NCBI RefSeq assembly: GCF_000143415.4
Contig: NW_003314298.1
Span: 1,209,250-1,273,249 of the forward strand
Direction: 5' to 3'
DNA length: 64,000 nucleotides
DNA from: Selaginella moellendorffii
Lineage: Eukaryota; Plantae; Lycopodiophyta
A model generated the notes under the pieces. It was not told the origin of the DNA, did no database searches, and saw only the letters and a list, made by a program, of their open reading frames with translations. Each line of letters starts with the position of its first letter. Positions within the stretch are counted from its first letter, which is position 1. Shown here one piece after another: positions 50,977 to 63,131 of this stretch. The translations under genes were made by a program, and so were the position numbers.

Positions 50977-53816
50977 CTACTCTTCGGGGTCTGCGGAGTA
51001 AATGCTCGACAGCACAACGTGAGCCGAGGAGCTCCTGGGATCCATCTCCATAATCCCCTCTGCCGCTCGCCTCCCGCGCTGTACATCGCCGTGGCTCTTG
51101 CAAGAGCTCAGCAGCGAAGTGAGCGTCTCGATCGCTGGTCGGGTGCCGAGCGACTGTATAAACTCCTCGGCCTCTTGCAGCTTCCCTGCTCGTCCCAGGA
51201 GATCTATGACGCAAGCGTAGTTGTCCTGCGTTGGCTCGAGGCCCAGCTCGACCATGCTCGCGTACGCGTAGACGCCTTCGTCGAGCAAGCCGCCGTGGCT
51301 ACAGACGCTCAAGATGCAGACGAAGGTGACGGGGTCGGGAGCTACGCCTTCCTGTTGCATCCGGTGGAAAAGTTCCACGGCGTCTCTGGTCTGGCTGTGC
51401 TGAGCATACCCCGAGATGATGGCGTTCCAGCAGATGGTGTCCTGCCGACGGGACGTCTCGAAGACCTCTCTCGCACAATCCAGGCTGCCGCACTTTCCAT
51501 ACATGGTGACGAGCGAATTCGTGACGGTGGCAGCCTCGGTGTCGAATCTTCTCTCTCTCACGTATGAGTGGATTCGTTTGCCTTCTCGGAGGTCGGCGAG
51601 GTTGGAGCACGCACTTAGAGTCGATGCAAACGTTGCCGGGGACATGTCTAGTCCTTGCTGCTGCATGAACCGCAAGTGCTGGAGTCCTTCCCTGTCTTGC
51701 CCGTGCTGGACGAATGCCGCAATCATTGCCGACCAAGTTACGTGATTCTTCCGAACTTCTGTGTCGTCGAAGCATGCCTTTGCGTCTCGGATCGAGCCAC
51801 ACCTTCCGTACATGGCAACCAAGGCACTCCCCAGCGACACGTCGATGTCGTTCCCGCTCTGGACAGCGCAGGAGTGGACCAGCCTCCCTTTGTCCAGGGC
51901 CTCCGCACCGACACACGCATCCAGCGCCTCAAGAAAGGTGATGCACGTCGGCTTCACCCCGCTGAGATGGATGGCGTGGAAGAGGAGCAGCGCCATGTCT
52001 TGCCTGTTCTGCCGCGAGTAGGCCGTGAGCATTGCTGTCCAGCTGATGACATTACGCTGGAGGATCCCGTCGAAGACCATCTCCGCTTGTTCCACTTCTC
52101 CACACCTGCCGTACATGTTTAGGAGTGAGTTCCACAGGATTAAGTCCGCCTCGCACCTGCCTTCCGCTATCCAGCCGTGTACCTTTCTTCCCAGCTTGAG
52201 ATCGGCCGAGCCGGTGCATACGTTTAGAAGACCAACACACGTAACGTTGTCCGGCTTTACACCATCGAGCTGCATGTACTCCGTGATCTGCACTGCTTTC
52301 CTTCCCAGACCGTGCTTGGCATACGCTGTCACCATGACGTTCCAGGAGATCACGTTGCGCTGCGGCATTTTCTCGAACAGCCAGCGTGTATCTTCCAGGC
52401 TCTCGCACTTGGAGTACATCGCCACAAGCGCTGTCCCCAGCGCGATGTTGATGGACACTCCGCTCTCTACAATATGAGAATGGACGAGTTTAACCTCCGT
52501 TAGAGCTTCTGGTCCATTGGACATCGTAAGGAGCGCAACAAAGGTTACCTTGTCCGGCTTACAGCCCTCTTGTAGCATAAGCTGGTAGAGCAGCACAGCC
52601 TCCTCGACATGCCCGTGCTGGCCATACTCCGTAATGAGAGCGTTCCAGGCGATTATATCTCGCTCCACCATGCTGGAAAAGATGGCGCGCGCGTCCTCCA
52701 GCCGTCCGCATCTTCCATACATCGTGATCAGCGCATTGCAAAGAGGAGTTTCCATAGCACTAGAACTCTCCACGCTACGCATGTGTAAGATTATGCCCAC
52801 CTCTAGAAACTCCGGTTTGGAGCAAGCCTGGACGAGCGTCACGTACGTCACGAAGTTGGACTTAAACCCCTCGAGCTCCATCAGCCGGAACACCTTGAAA
52901 GCTTGCTCGAGACTGGTCACGGCATGAGCCCCGATCATCGCAGTCCAGGTGATGACATTCCGGGCCGGCATCGCATCGAAAACTCTCTTGGCATCGTCGA
53001 CGCTCCCGCAGCTCCCATACATGCTGACAAGAGCATTTTCCAGGATTAAGTCACACTGGTGTCCACTCTGAGCGATCAAGCCGTGAATGAGCTTACCGGC
53101 GGGGAGAGCTTGCGAGGTCTCACAGGACGTGAGCGCCGCGAGCAGCGTGATGTTGTCTGGTTTCACACCCTCCAGCAGCATTTGCCTGAGCAAGATAATC
53201 GCAAGTGAGTGACAGTGGTGCTGAGCACATACCCCGATGATCGCAGTCCATGTGTAAACGTTCTTGTAGCTCATGCGCTCGAAAGTTTCCCATGCATCGT
53301 CCAGGCTGTGGCATTTTCCGTAGGTGTGGATGAGATGGTTGCCGAGGAAGACGCGGTTGTCCAGCGACGCTCTCACGATCTGTGAGTGGAGGCGTCGAGC
53401 AACGTCCAAAGCTTTGACCTTGGGACATGCCTGGAGGAGACGCACGTACTCGACGTCCGCGACGTATCTCTTCTTCTGCTCGATTTCCAGCTGCTCTACA
53501 AGCTCCTCCAATCGAGCCCTGCTCGTAATCGCGCTTTGTTGCTGGGAGTGGAGATTCTCAATCTCGTCTTGGTTGATTCTAGCCTCGTTCTTGGAAATAT
53601 CTTGATCTGACAGAGAAATATGAGAATGCGAGGAAGATAGCGATCCAAGTCGGAGAACAGGAGGAGGTTCTTGAGCTCCAGCCAATGTAGAGCAATCGCG
53701 CGCGTACTTGGAAGCGGCTGGAGAACAAATCAGCAATGCGGGATGATATTTTGGTACTGCGATCGCTTACCTCGAAGATTTCTTCGCGATCGCCACGCGA
53801 TTTGGCGGAACAACAT
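50977..53816 (-). CDS. PLS-class PPR protein ending in a truncated E domain (no DYW), probably mitochondrial; intron 53770-53719
   Basis: Long ORF of P-L-S triplets ending YACVIDLLGRAGKLQEAEEFI..LLSSCKSHGD..HVVLSSIYS. Upstream exon MLFRQIAWRSRRNLR splices in frame. Confidence 0.92.
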
Positions 53817-54676
53817 CACCGCGATCCATAAACCCTAGCCCCTGGAAAATTAGGGTTCTTAGGCATAATGGCGGAAGAATGGATTCAAAGACGGCGAGAG
53901 ACGAGGTTCGTTCGATCGATCGCTTGCTGCATTGCATGTATTACCATAGATTCTCGACCTTCTGGTGGCGCTGTGGCGCGGCGTCTTTCTTGATCAGGAA
54001 ATCGCGCCATTTTTCCCTCAGACAGATTTGCTTAGAATTTTAGTGATCGCTTCATTGCTCGAACCGAATTGGTTCTCCATTCTTTCTTTCAGCTTAGATT
54101 GATGCTTGATTGCTCCTCTTTCTTTCTCGATCGAGAAAACACGCACATTTTTCTCTCTTCCTTTTCTGCCAAACTCGAAACTTTTTCTGTGTGTGTGTGT
54201 GCACTTTTGACAAAGTATGGACAAGATTTGCAATCCAAGCCGATCGGCTGTCTCCATCGCAAATTAATTGTCTCTAGTGTCCCACTTGGCCTGTAGGATC
54301 ACTTGATTTGCTTGCCTACCTTCTTCTTTCTCATGAACAAGAATAATCTTGCAGAGAACTAATCTTCTCTGTTTCTGTTCTTCTTTTGTTTTCTCTTCTG
54401 ATTTTGTCCTATCTTTTTTGTTCTTCAGGAAGCGAAAATTTCTCCTGATGTTTCCGGCTGCTGCTGCTGCTGCTGCTTGACTGTGGTGTACTGAATTCGA
54501 GTCCATCCAAGAATTCTTCTTCGCTGGCTGCTGGCATGATGCTAGCTCCATAAAAACGATCCGAACCTCTGTGGCTCCTGTACAAGCGACTGGAAGTCTA
54601 TATGATAGAGTAAGCTCTCCTTTTCGCTTTTCTTTTCTTCTTTGCCTCTATAAGCTCATCCTGTTTTTCTTCGCAG

Positions 54677-55334
54677 CTAATGGCTGTGCGGTGGATGAGT
54701 TCTAACCTTTGCGTAGTCGGCATGAAAAGTCATCTCCTCGCTACCGACGGAGTCGTCATCGTTGTCGCCACCATGATCCTCCTGACGTCCGCTAGTACTT
54801 GCTTTGGCGTCTACTTCATGAATAGGAGGAGCGACCGGAGGTGCGGCATTTGCATTGAGAGCTTTATGATTTTTATGAGGGTGATGGTGATGGTGGTGAT
54901 GTTTTTGTTGATCCAGGTGGATTGAACTTGATGCTCCTCGCGGCATCTTGGCCTTGAATTGTTCTAGCTGCCGGTCGTTGGAGTCTAGTGCTACAACCTG
55001 CATAGGAGCGCCTTTAGCATCTATTATGACTCGGAGAAGCCTGGGAAGAGCGGAATTGAGGAGCTACCTCGTCATGAGATGGTGGTGATGGTGTTCTCGC
55101 ACTCGTGCTCATGGAAAACCGAGCCACCTTTGGGAGCGAACCTTCGCCCTTTGGTGGAGAATCTGCACAGGGAATTTCGTCCGTCTTTTGTTCTCTTTTT
55201 GTCTTAAAACCAGTGATTGCTTTACCTCTGCTTTCCAGGATCCGAGCGCAGCAACTTGGATGCAGCATGTTGATCAACGCGACGAGCAGCAAGCAGCAAC
55301 CGAGGCAAGTCTCTAGTCTGACGATTCCGAGCAT
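54677..55334 (-). CDS. RGF/GOLVEN/CLEL-type secreted peptide precursor (174 aa; exons 55334-55226, 55162-55068, 54997-54677)
   Basis: Hydrophobic signal peptide, variable middle region, and C-terminal 13-mer DYAKVRTHPPHSH directly before the stop. Two GT-AG introns (63 and 70 nt) keep the frame. Confidence 0.8.
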
Positions 55335-55611
55335 AATTCTTCACCCGTGAAATATCCAGGCGGCGCCAAGTAAAATTGGAGTACCAGAGCCGAGCACCGA
55401 CCGGGGCTACAAACAATCAAAATGCTGCTTCGACAACTTAAAGCTGCCTGGACCACAAAACGGGATTGTGAGCTGCGCGGCAAAACAAACAAGCCGAGCG
55501 GAGAGATGCGGGAGGGAGGAGCAATGCAAGTGATACACGGGAGGCAAATAAATGGGATATACAAATGGCGAGCGAGCGAGCCGACGTAAGAAAAGAAGCG
55601 TGAGGTAAGCC

Positions 55612-55634
55612 GAGAGAGAGAGAGAGAGAGAGAG
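55612..55634. repeat. (GA)n microsatellite in the leader/promoter of the peptide gene
   Basis: About 11 GA units. Confidence 0.8.
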
Positions 55635-56904
55635 CTCTCACAGCACACCGGCCAAATAAATGAGGCTCTCTCGGAGGAGAAGATGGCCGCAACAAACAGG
55701 GCGGGGTTACGCTAAAAACTTTGATATCGAGGCAAAGGAGGATGGGCTGATTTGTTTTTAAGGGGAGGCTGGGCAGACAGAGAAGGCCACCGGGGTCCCA
55801 CGATTTGAGGAAAATGGAAGACAAGTTCGGCACGGTTTGGCAGACACAAAGTAAAAAGTCCGGGTCAGGACGGGAGCAGCAAACCAAAGTTTAATCTTTT
55901 TATTGGTGAAGCGGCGGCAGCACTTGGTATGCACCACCCAACACTCCTCTACGCTTACGCGACGACGAACTACATGGCATTCGCCCGAGACACACAGGTG
56001 TGCTCTTCTTTTCGGTGGAGTTTAGCTTTCACTTGCTTTTTCCTGTTCCAGTTTTGCAAGCGAGAAGAAGGACCGCGATGATTTGGACAAGGACAAGCAA
56101 GAGCAGGCTTAAAAAACTCCCTCGGCCCGCTCGCTTGCTTGCTAGCTAGCACAGCATTCCTCTTTCGCCATCGACACGAAAACTGGGGCAGAGCAAAAGG
56201 AAAAAAAGGTAAAGGTTTTTTAAAGGTGGATCGGGCTGGGGGGATGCTTTTATATTTCGGGTCTCTGGAGCAGCACTCCCAACTGACAGGCATGGCCTTG
56301 AAGAGCGTACGAAAGAAGCAATTTTTTGGCGGGGATGATTGGGATAGTTGGACACAAAGGTTGCTCTTCACGGTGCTTTGCTTTGAATGGGAGCGAAGCT
56401 CGAGACAAATGGGAAGACAGGGACACGAGCGGCGCAGGCAGTGTGACCACTGACCACCACCAGCGCCACACGCACAGACTGGAAGCGAGCGATCGATCAG
56501 ACAAGGACGAGGGGACTTTGAAAGTAAACTTTGTGGAGCCTTGTCCTCGCTTGATCAGTGCCGCTGCTGCTTGTATGAAGAACAACGGGGTCCAGATCGC
56601 GAGGAACGAAGCAAAGTCAGTGTGCTGTGCTTGACAGATCGATTCGACCGGCTGAAAATCGGGCCGGGAAGAGGAGTCAATCAGCTCGATCCAAGCGATC
56701 GAAAGAGATATGAAGCGAAGCTGTCTCCGCAACAACACACACAGCGCATTGATCATCCACTCTTGAAGTGCTTCGCAAGGTTTCTTTTTTTTCCCAGATC
56801 GATCGAGCGTGGATCTTTACTGTCAGTGAACTCACCACGCGAAAAAATCCCAGAAAATGGGGTGTCGTTGACTTTTGTCCGGTCAAGTCAATGGTCGCCC
56901 CCTC

Positions 56905-56969
56905 CACGTGGCCAGACGATTTTTAAGTTTCTGTCGCGACATAGCCGACAAGGGGCCAGCGGCTGTCGG
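56905..56969. promoter_or_regulatory. Candidate composite auxin response element: G-box plus CCGACA-N13-TGTCGG
   Basis: CACGTG at ~56905, TGTCGCGACA at 56932-56941, CCGACA at 56945-56950, a 13-nt spacer, and TGTCGG at 56964-56969. Confidence 0.45.
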
Positions 56970-58285
56970 GTCGGCCGGGGACACCGGGAGAATTCCGTAC
57001 AGTTGATCATGCGGCGCGAAGAATTGACGAACAACCAACGAAAGACCTCAAAGTTTTATAATCAAAGAGGAAATATCCTTTCGATCGATTGGTTGATCTT
57101 AGGAAAAAAAAAGAGAGAGAACATTGAGAGAAAGAATCTAGGCACACCATTATTGATTTCTTGTTATTGTTCCTCTTGGTGGTTTTCTCTCTGCAGCTGT
57201 TGGGAAAGAAAGCAAGAGAGAAAAAAAAAAAAAAAGTGAGAGAGATCGCCTGACTCACAGAGCTTGTCAATTGGACCAAAAAATCGATGATTTCTCCACA
57301 GAGAATCTCGCTCGTACGCTGTGGTACGCAGAGGTGTGTGAGCGAGCCCCTGTTTGGTGACTGAAAGGATTGACAGTGCCTGACGAACGCTCGTCCTCAC
57401 GTACTGTATCGGATTTTTGATAGGATGGACAGTGCATCCCAAAATCTATCAATCCATCCTATCAAGTGCTTTCTCATCGATTCCTGGCAGTCGATCCAGA
57501 CACCGAGAAGCTCCAGCTCTCGGTCTTCCTGGTTTGCCTTCGCTTCTTTTTTCTCTTCCAGAAACTACTCGAACGAATCTTTCAGGTCGAAGATGGATCT
57601 CGCCTTCCTTCCCAGCCCAGACAGCCAGTCCATAAACTAAGCGTTTCTTTCTCTCCAGAGCCGCACCGACAAAGCCCACCCGGTACCCATGAAGATTCTA
57701 CGTGCATGCACACGGGGCATACTTCCATTCCTGACACAAATCTCCTGTTTTGCTTCACAAGCTTTTTCCCCCCCTGTTACTTTTTCTAGACTGCTCCACC
57801 ATTTTCCAAGCCCCCGAAGATCTGCCTGGAACAAAAAATCCAGGCTGCACTAATGTCCAAGCTCAATATCCCACCAGCGAATTCTCGATACTTTCACCTG
57901 TTTAAGAGCGGGAACCTTTTTCTCAACCCCACCAGATCCGTCAAAAGCGATGCCAACTTCCGCCACTTCTACCAATGGGTAGCATGATGTCCTGCGTGCG
58001 CGCGCTTTTAACAGTAGAGTTCCACCTAAAGCCACGTTTCCTGCTACTGGTGACTCAAAGTTTCCCCCGACAGATCTGTAGTCTTTGTTGGCCACTCATA
58101 TGTCAAGCATTCGGCTTTTTCCGCGTCCCGGAGTAATTTCTTTTTGACTTTTTCTCTCGAACTATGTGTTTCCAGTTTGTTCAAAACAGCAAGGCGTCCT
58201 GTACCAAAGCTCCAGTCAGCAAGAGCCAGCCCAGGAAAGTAGAACAACTGACTTACGCAAACGAGCGGCGCGTCGGCTCCATCGA

Positions 58286-59878
58286 TCATTCTCCTCGCTT
58301 GGCAGCCCAGGCTATGTAATTGACGCTCAAATCATCGGCTAAACGCCAGGTTTGCTTCAGCGGGTCGTAGAACATGCCTGTCATCTCCTCGAGCTGCAAG
58401 TTTGGTAGTGTCAGGAGCGTACAAGTTGGAAAACGAGATTAACCAGAGCTCGTACAGTTAGCGACGCACGTTCCATAAGTAACGCAACCTCCTCTGGGGT
58501 CAGAAACTTAGACCAATCATGGGTCCCTTTCGGGAGCTGCAGAGGTTACGCAATAGGAGCAGAAAACGTAAGTTGTAACAGCTTTTCTACAGAAAAATCA
58601 TAAAACAATACCCAGCCCAGTATGTATTCCGCTGCGAAAATTGCAAGGCTATATGATGTAGGTGATCGATTGAGCGTGGAAATAACTACGGCACCATCCT
58701 GCTTGGTCAGCAACGACAGGGACTGGAGGAAGTCCATTGGATCAGGGACATGCTCTATGACCTGCATAAATGCCGTAACATGAGATTTAAATTCCAAATG
58801 ATCAGGACAACGTGATCCAGAAGATAAATAATTCAAGACACATCGTTTTGCGTACCTCAAGAGCGGCGACAATATCAAATTGCTGCTTCTCCTGTACGAG
58901 CTGCTCTGCAAGTTTCAGAAAATCAATTATCAAACAGGATGGACTCATGCTGCAATGAAGAACCTGCTGTGGTATGCTGGTACAAAATCGTAGCAGTCAA
59001 AGGATCCTTTGCCTAAGAAAGAGAAAAAATAAAACACAGCTAATCAAATCCGTATGGAATCAACTCACGGCGTGTAGCTTTGCAACTTCGATGTTCTCTT
59101 CCACGGCGTCGATTCCAGTCACGTGAGCACCCATTCGTGCTAAAGGCTAGAAAACTCCCAGTCAGTATAAGCAACGATGTTTTCCTGTTATACTAAAGAC
59201 TTACTTCGCACAGAAGCCCGCCACCACATCCTACATCTAAGATCGTCAAGCCATCCAAAGGCCTCGGAGAAATGGGATCCTTCCTGATTAAAAACATTTA
59301 GAAGAATGGAAGAAAGAAGAACAAACTCGAAAGGAATATAAAAAAAAGAACTTCGGGAAGAGAAAATCAATAGAAGAGAAAAAGAACTTCAAGAACAGAG
59401 AAAACCTCTTAGAAGAATCGAAGAAAGAAAGAAAAACAAACTCGAAAGGAATGAGAAAAAAAGAACATCGAGAACAGAGAAGAGAGAAAGAACTTCAAGA
59501 ATAGAGAAGAACGAAGAAACGTACTTAAAATGCCGGCACATCCCCGAGCGAAGGAACAAGAGCCTCACGGGATTCATGGCGTGCAAAGGTTTAAACGGTC
59601 CAAGCTCGTCCCACCTAGAGGAAAGAACGATCGTCAAAAAGAAAGAGAAAAATCTCTAGACCTTCTAAGCGAAGAACTCACCATGTTCCAGAAAGAGCAG
59701 CGAATTTGGCGGATTCTTGCGCATCAACAGAGCTCTTCGTGCTAGAACTCCCACGATCGCCACGATATTTCCCAGCCGTAGGGCCGTGATCGCGAGCGTC
59801 TGGATTGCTGCGAAGACTTACCTGCGTCGAGAAGTGTCTAAGTCTCGAGAGCCTCCTCACCGCTAGCGCCATAGACAT
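58286..59878 (-). CDS. COQ3: Ubiquinone biosynthesis O-methyltransferase, mitochondrial (multi-exon)
   Basis: [14 protein letters not shown]|[29 protein letters not shown]|PLARMGA.VTGIDA..LE|[20 protein letters not shown]|[22 protein letters not shown]. Confidence 0.95.
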
Positions 59879-59992
59879 ATGAACCCTAAAATCTATAATC
59901 TCGCTAGAACCCTAGCAATGTAGCTTCTCGGATCGACCGATAGCGAAGGTACGCATTTCCAGCAAAATCGTGGCGATCGCGCGCGATTTACC

Positions 59993-62972
59993 ATGGAAGA
60001 CGACAGCGATGAGGAAGCCGTATACGATTTCCAGGCACAGGACGACGATGACAGGATATTTCAGTCGGATCATCACCAGGAGCTCGAGTTTGAGGATCCG
60101 GCTGCTCCAAGCAAGCCACTGGACGCTGCTGATTTTTACAGCTCCACATCCAAGTACTTCGCATTCAATCGCGCTGGCCATCACCTCATGGCGCAGTCGA
60201 TCCTCACTTCCAGAGCTCCTTCCTTTGAAGAAATCTGTGCTGCCGATCCCGATATCTCGCTGCGAGTCCTCAAGAACAGCCTTGGAAAGCAAAGCCAGGA
60301 GTCCGCAGTGCGATCGCGGTGGAAGGATATCCAGGAAAGGCTGGTAGCGGTGGTGGCAGTGGATGGAGAGGAGCATCTCTATCACAAAGACAACACTTCG
60401 CTTAGAATCCCATACCGCGAGCAGTGGGGGGAGATCTTCCAGCGAGCTCACGTAGAAGAAGAAGATGGTCAGCACTTGGGATGGAAGCAAACTTTCAAGA
60501 GGATCCAGCAGCAGTGGTGCACAAACACTCGGCGGTATGGGATCCTCGACGCTTTCATCCAGGAGAGCGTCTACGCTTGCCCCGGCTGTGACTTCTCGCG
60601 GGTTCCAGAGCGGAAGAAGAAGGAGGAGCACAAGTTCTCGCAGAGGATGACGGTGGCGACCAGGGATCTCCCGCGAGCCATGGAGGAGATTGCTGTCAAG
60701 TACAAAGTTCTCCTCCGGATCGATCGAGCTGACAAGGTGTCGAGGAACTCCGAGGTGAAGGACTACGTTTGTCACCGTGGTCGTTCCAAGCGTGGTCGTG
60801 GCAACAAAGTTTTGGGAGGAGGTGGTGAAACGAAGGATGCGAAGGTCCGGGATAGGAAGTCATGCCGTATCGGGTGTCCATTTCGGATCAGGGTGGTGAT
60901 ACCAATCCAGGCTGGCGAGGGGACTACAGTTGTGAGAGACGAAGCACTCGCTCACATCTTGCTCTCTCCGTTTCATGACGGCCATCGTCCGGGGACGAAA
61001 GAGAACTTGCTCTCTTTGCCGCCACATCCGTCGGCTATAAGGTACTGTGAGCATGATCTCTACGACAATGCGGGGAACGTGCAGGCTTTGGTGAAAGCTT
61101 CCGCGAGCAGAGCTCCGTTCCTCTACTTCCAGGCCAGTGAGGGCGAGCAGGCCAGTTACCGGTTTTTTCTTCTTTCCAAGGACGTTGAGCAGCTCGCGTA
61201 CAGGATCAAGTCAAGAGGTGAGAGCTTTCCAGCCTGCTTTTCTTCTCTTACGAAGGTGTGTTACTGTGGTTTAGTCGAATCCATTGGTGAGGACGATTGG
61301 TCTGCGTTACATATGGAAGCACAGCGGCTTCAAACGCAAGGAAAGGTGACTCTCAACTGTTTTGAGGAGAACTTGGTTGAGAAACTTTCTTCTTTCAGGT
61401 GATCTTTTACCAGCCTTATGCGCCCAACCATCCGGACGAGGACAAGCGACCATTTTTGCTTGTGCTCCAGGATCCTTGGATGAGGGACTGTGCCAAGAGA
61501 TTCTCGGTGGGAAGCTCGTGGGTGGTAAGTCGGCTTCTCAGAGGCAACCAGTTTGGTCTGTCTCTCTACGCGGGGATAGTTCCAAACCAGGCAGGAGACG
61601 AGCTTCCCATATGGATGATGCTGTGTTCCTCGGACACCGACGAGAGTGTAGCACTGAAGATCACACTCCAAGAAGCTTTCAAGTGGCTGGGACATGTCAG
61701 GCCGTCCGCGATAGTCATCGAAAAGTCAGTGGCCGAGTTTCGAGCGGTGCAAGCAGCGGCGAGCAAGGATCCATTTTGCTGGAGAAACAACACTCTAGGG
61801 GGTGAACAGGTCGCGAGCCACGTACTTCTGTGCTGGTCTCAAGTCCGACGCGAGTGGATGGAAAGTCTAATGCCCGAAGCTCTTCCCACGCAGCGAAGAG
61901 AAGTGTACCAGGCGCTCAACCAGATGATGCTGGCAACCACGGAGCACAGTTTGGACTTCCTGCTCCATTCGTTCAACGAGAAGTTCAAAGACCACCTAAC
62001 GCTGTGCGAGCACGTAAATCTCAAGTGGGCGGGACAAAACTGCGTGTGGAGAAGAATGTGGCCAAAGTTTGGAAGGATGTTCGAGCACGGGGAGATCGAG
62101 ACGACGAACTTCGCCGAGAGAGTCTGGAGCTACATAAAGTACACTCTCCTGAGGGGCCGGAGCAAGTGCAATATCCTGGGACTACTAGCTGCGCTGGTTG
62201 GATCATCCAGTGGTCGCCATGGCGAAGTTCTAGTGGAACACTACAAGCAAAAGCAAACAGCACGTAAGTTCTAGTCATTCCAGAACTTCTCTTTTGCATT
62301 TCTCTTGAGTGATGTTTTTGTTTTTTCTTGACAGTCGACTCGGGAAAGCTTTGCTCTCAAGTCGGCACGAAGCCTCAAAAGAAACTCATCGGCGGCGACT
62401 ACATACTGGAGCTCTACGAATCGGACGTGAGCATGGTGGAAGTGGACGACGAAGTCTCTCTCCAGTTCCGGATGCGCAGCGAGATCATCCCGGACACGAT
62501 CCACTCGCTGGCGATGCAAAGCTCCTCGTGCGACTGCTACGAGCTAGCCCCGGTCTGCAAGCACGTCCAAGGCATGAGGCTCATCATCGAGAAGTACTTC
62601 CCGCATCTGTGCGCGCTCGCGCCGCCGCTCGACAGCCCGGACGTGTTCTCTCTCCAGCACACAAGCGACGACACTCCTCTCGATCTCCACCACTTTGTTG
62701 CGGCGGAGGATTCTATGGAGCTATGTGGAAATGATGGTAGCAACAGCAACAGTAACAACAACAACAACACCACCAGCGGCAGCGGTGGCAACCGCGAGCT
62801 CTCGGCACTGTGCAGTGAAGTTAAAACCGAGCTTCGCAGGCTCCTGGCTATCGCGTCGGGCTTCAATGCCACCGAGAGAGCGCTGGTGCTATACAATGTG
62901 AGAGCTCTCAAACAAAAGCTACAAGCATTCGACAGCCTGGATAGACCACCACCACCCAAAACGTTTCATTGA
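59993..62972 (+). CDS. MULE-transposase-derived protein with H2C2-like, WRKY/FAR1-like and SWIM zinc-binding regions (4 exons)
   Basis: H..HLG..CPGC; YVCHRG..GCPFRIRV..HDGH; MULE core FYQPY..PFLLVLQDPWM..NQFGLSLYA..TTNFAE; SWIM CDC..CKH. Introns near 61218-61274, 61345-61398 and 62263-62334 keep the frame. Confidence 0.8.
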
Positions 62973-63131
62973 TTCAGAACCCTTTGGGAGTTGTGTTGCT
63001 AGCCATCTCGAAGCCACTTGTACAATTACGGAAACATATGGTATGGCAGTATGCTTTATCGAACGAATAAATTATTACATAATTCTATTCTATTTAAGAA
63101 CAAGTGTACTCTTTAACTATGTGAATAAATT

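Noticed and set aside
55970-57840. Several 100-230 aa ORFs upstream of the peptide gene
   Set aside because: Mostly non-ATG starts, no domains or consistent splice pattern; more plausibly regulatory intergenic DNA.
59287-59520. Purine-rich repeated units suggesting a CRISPR-like or coding repeat
   Set aside because: Low-complexity duplication inside a COQ3 intron; no repeat-spacer structure, and the context is eukaryotic.
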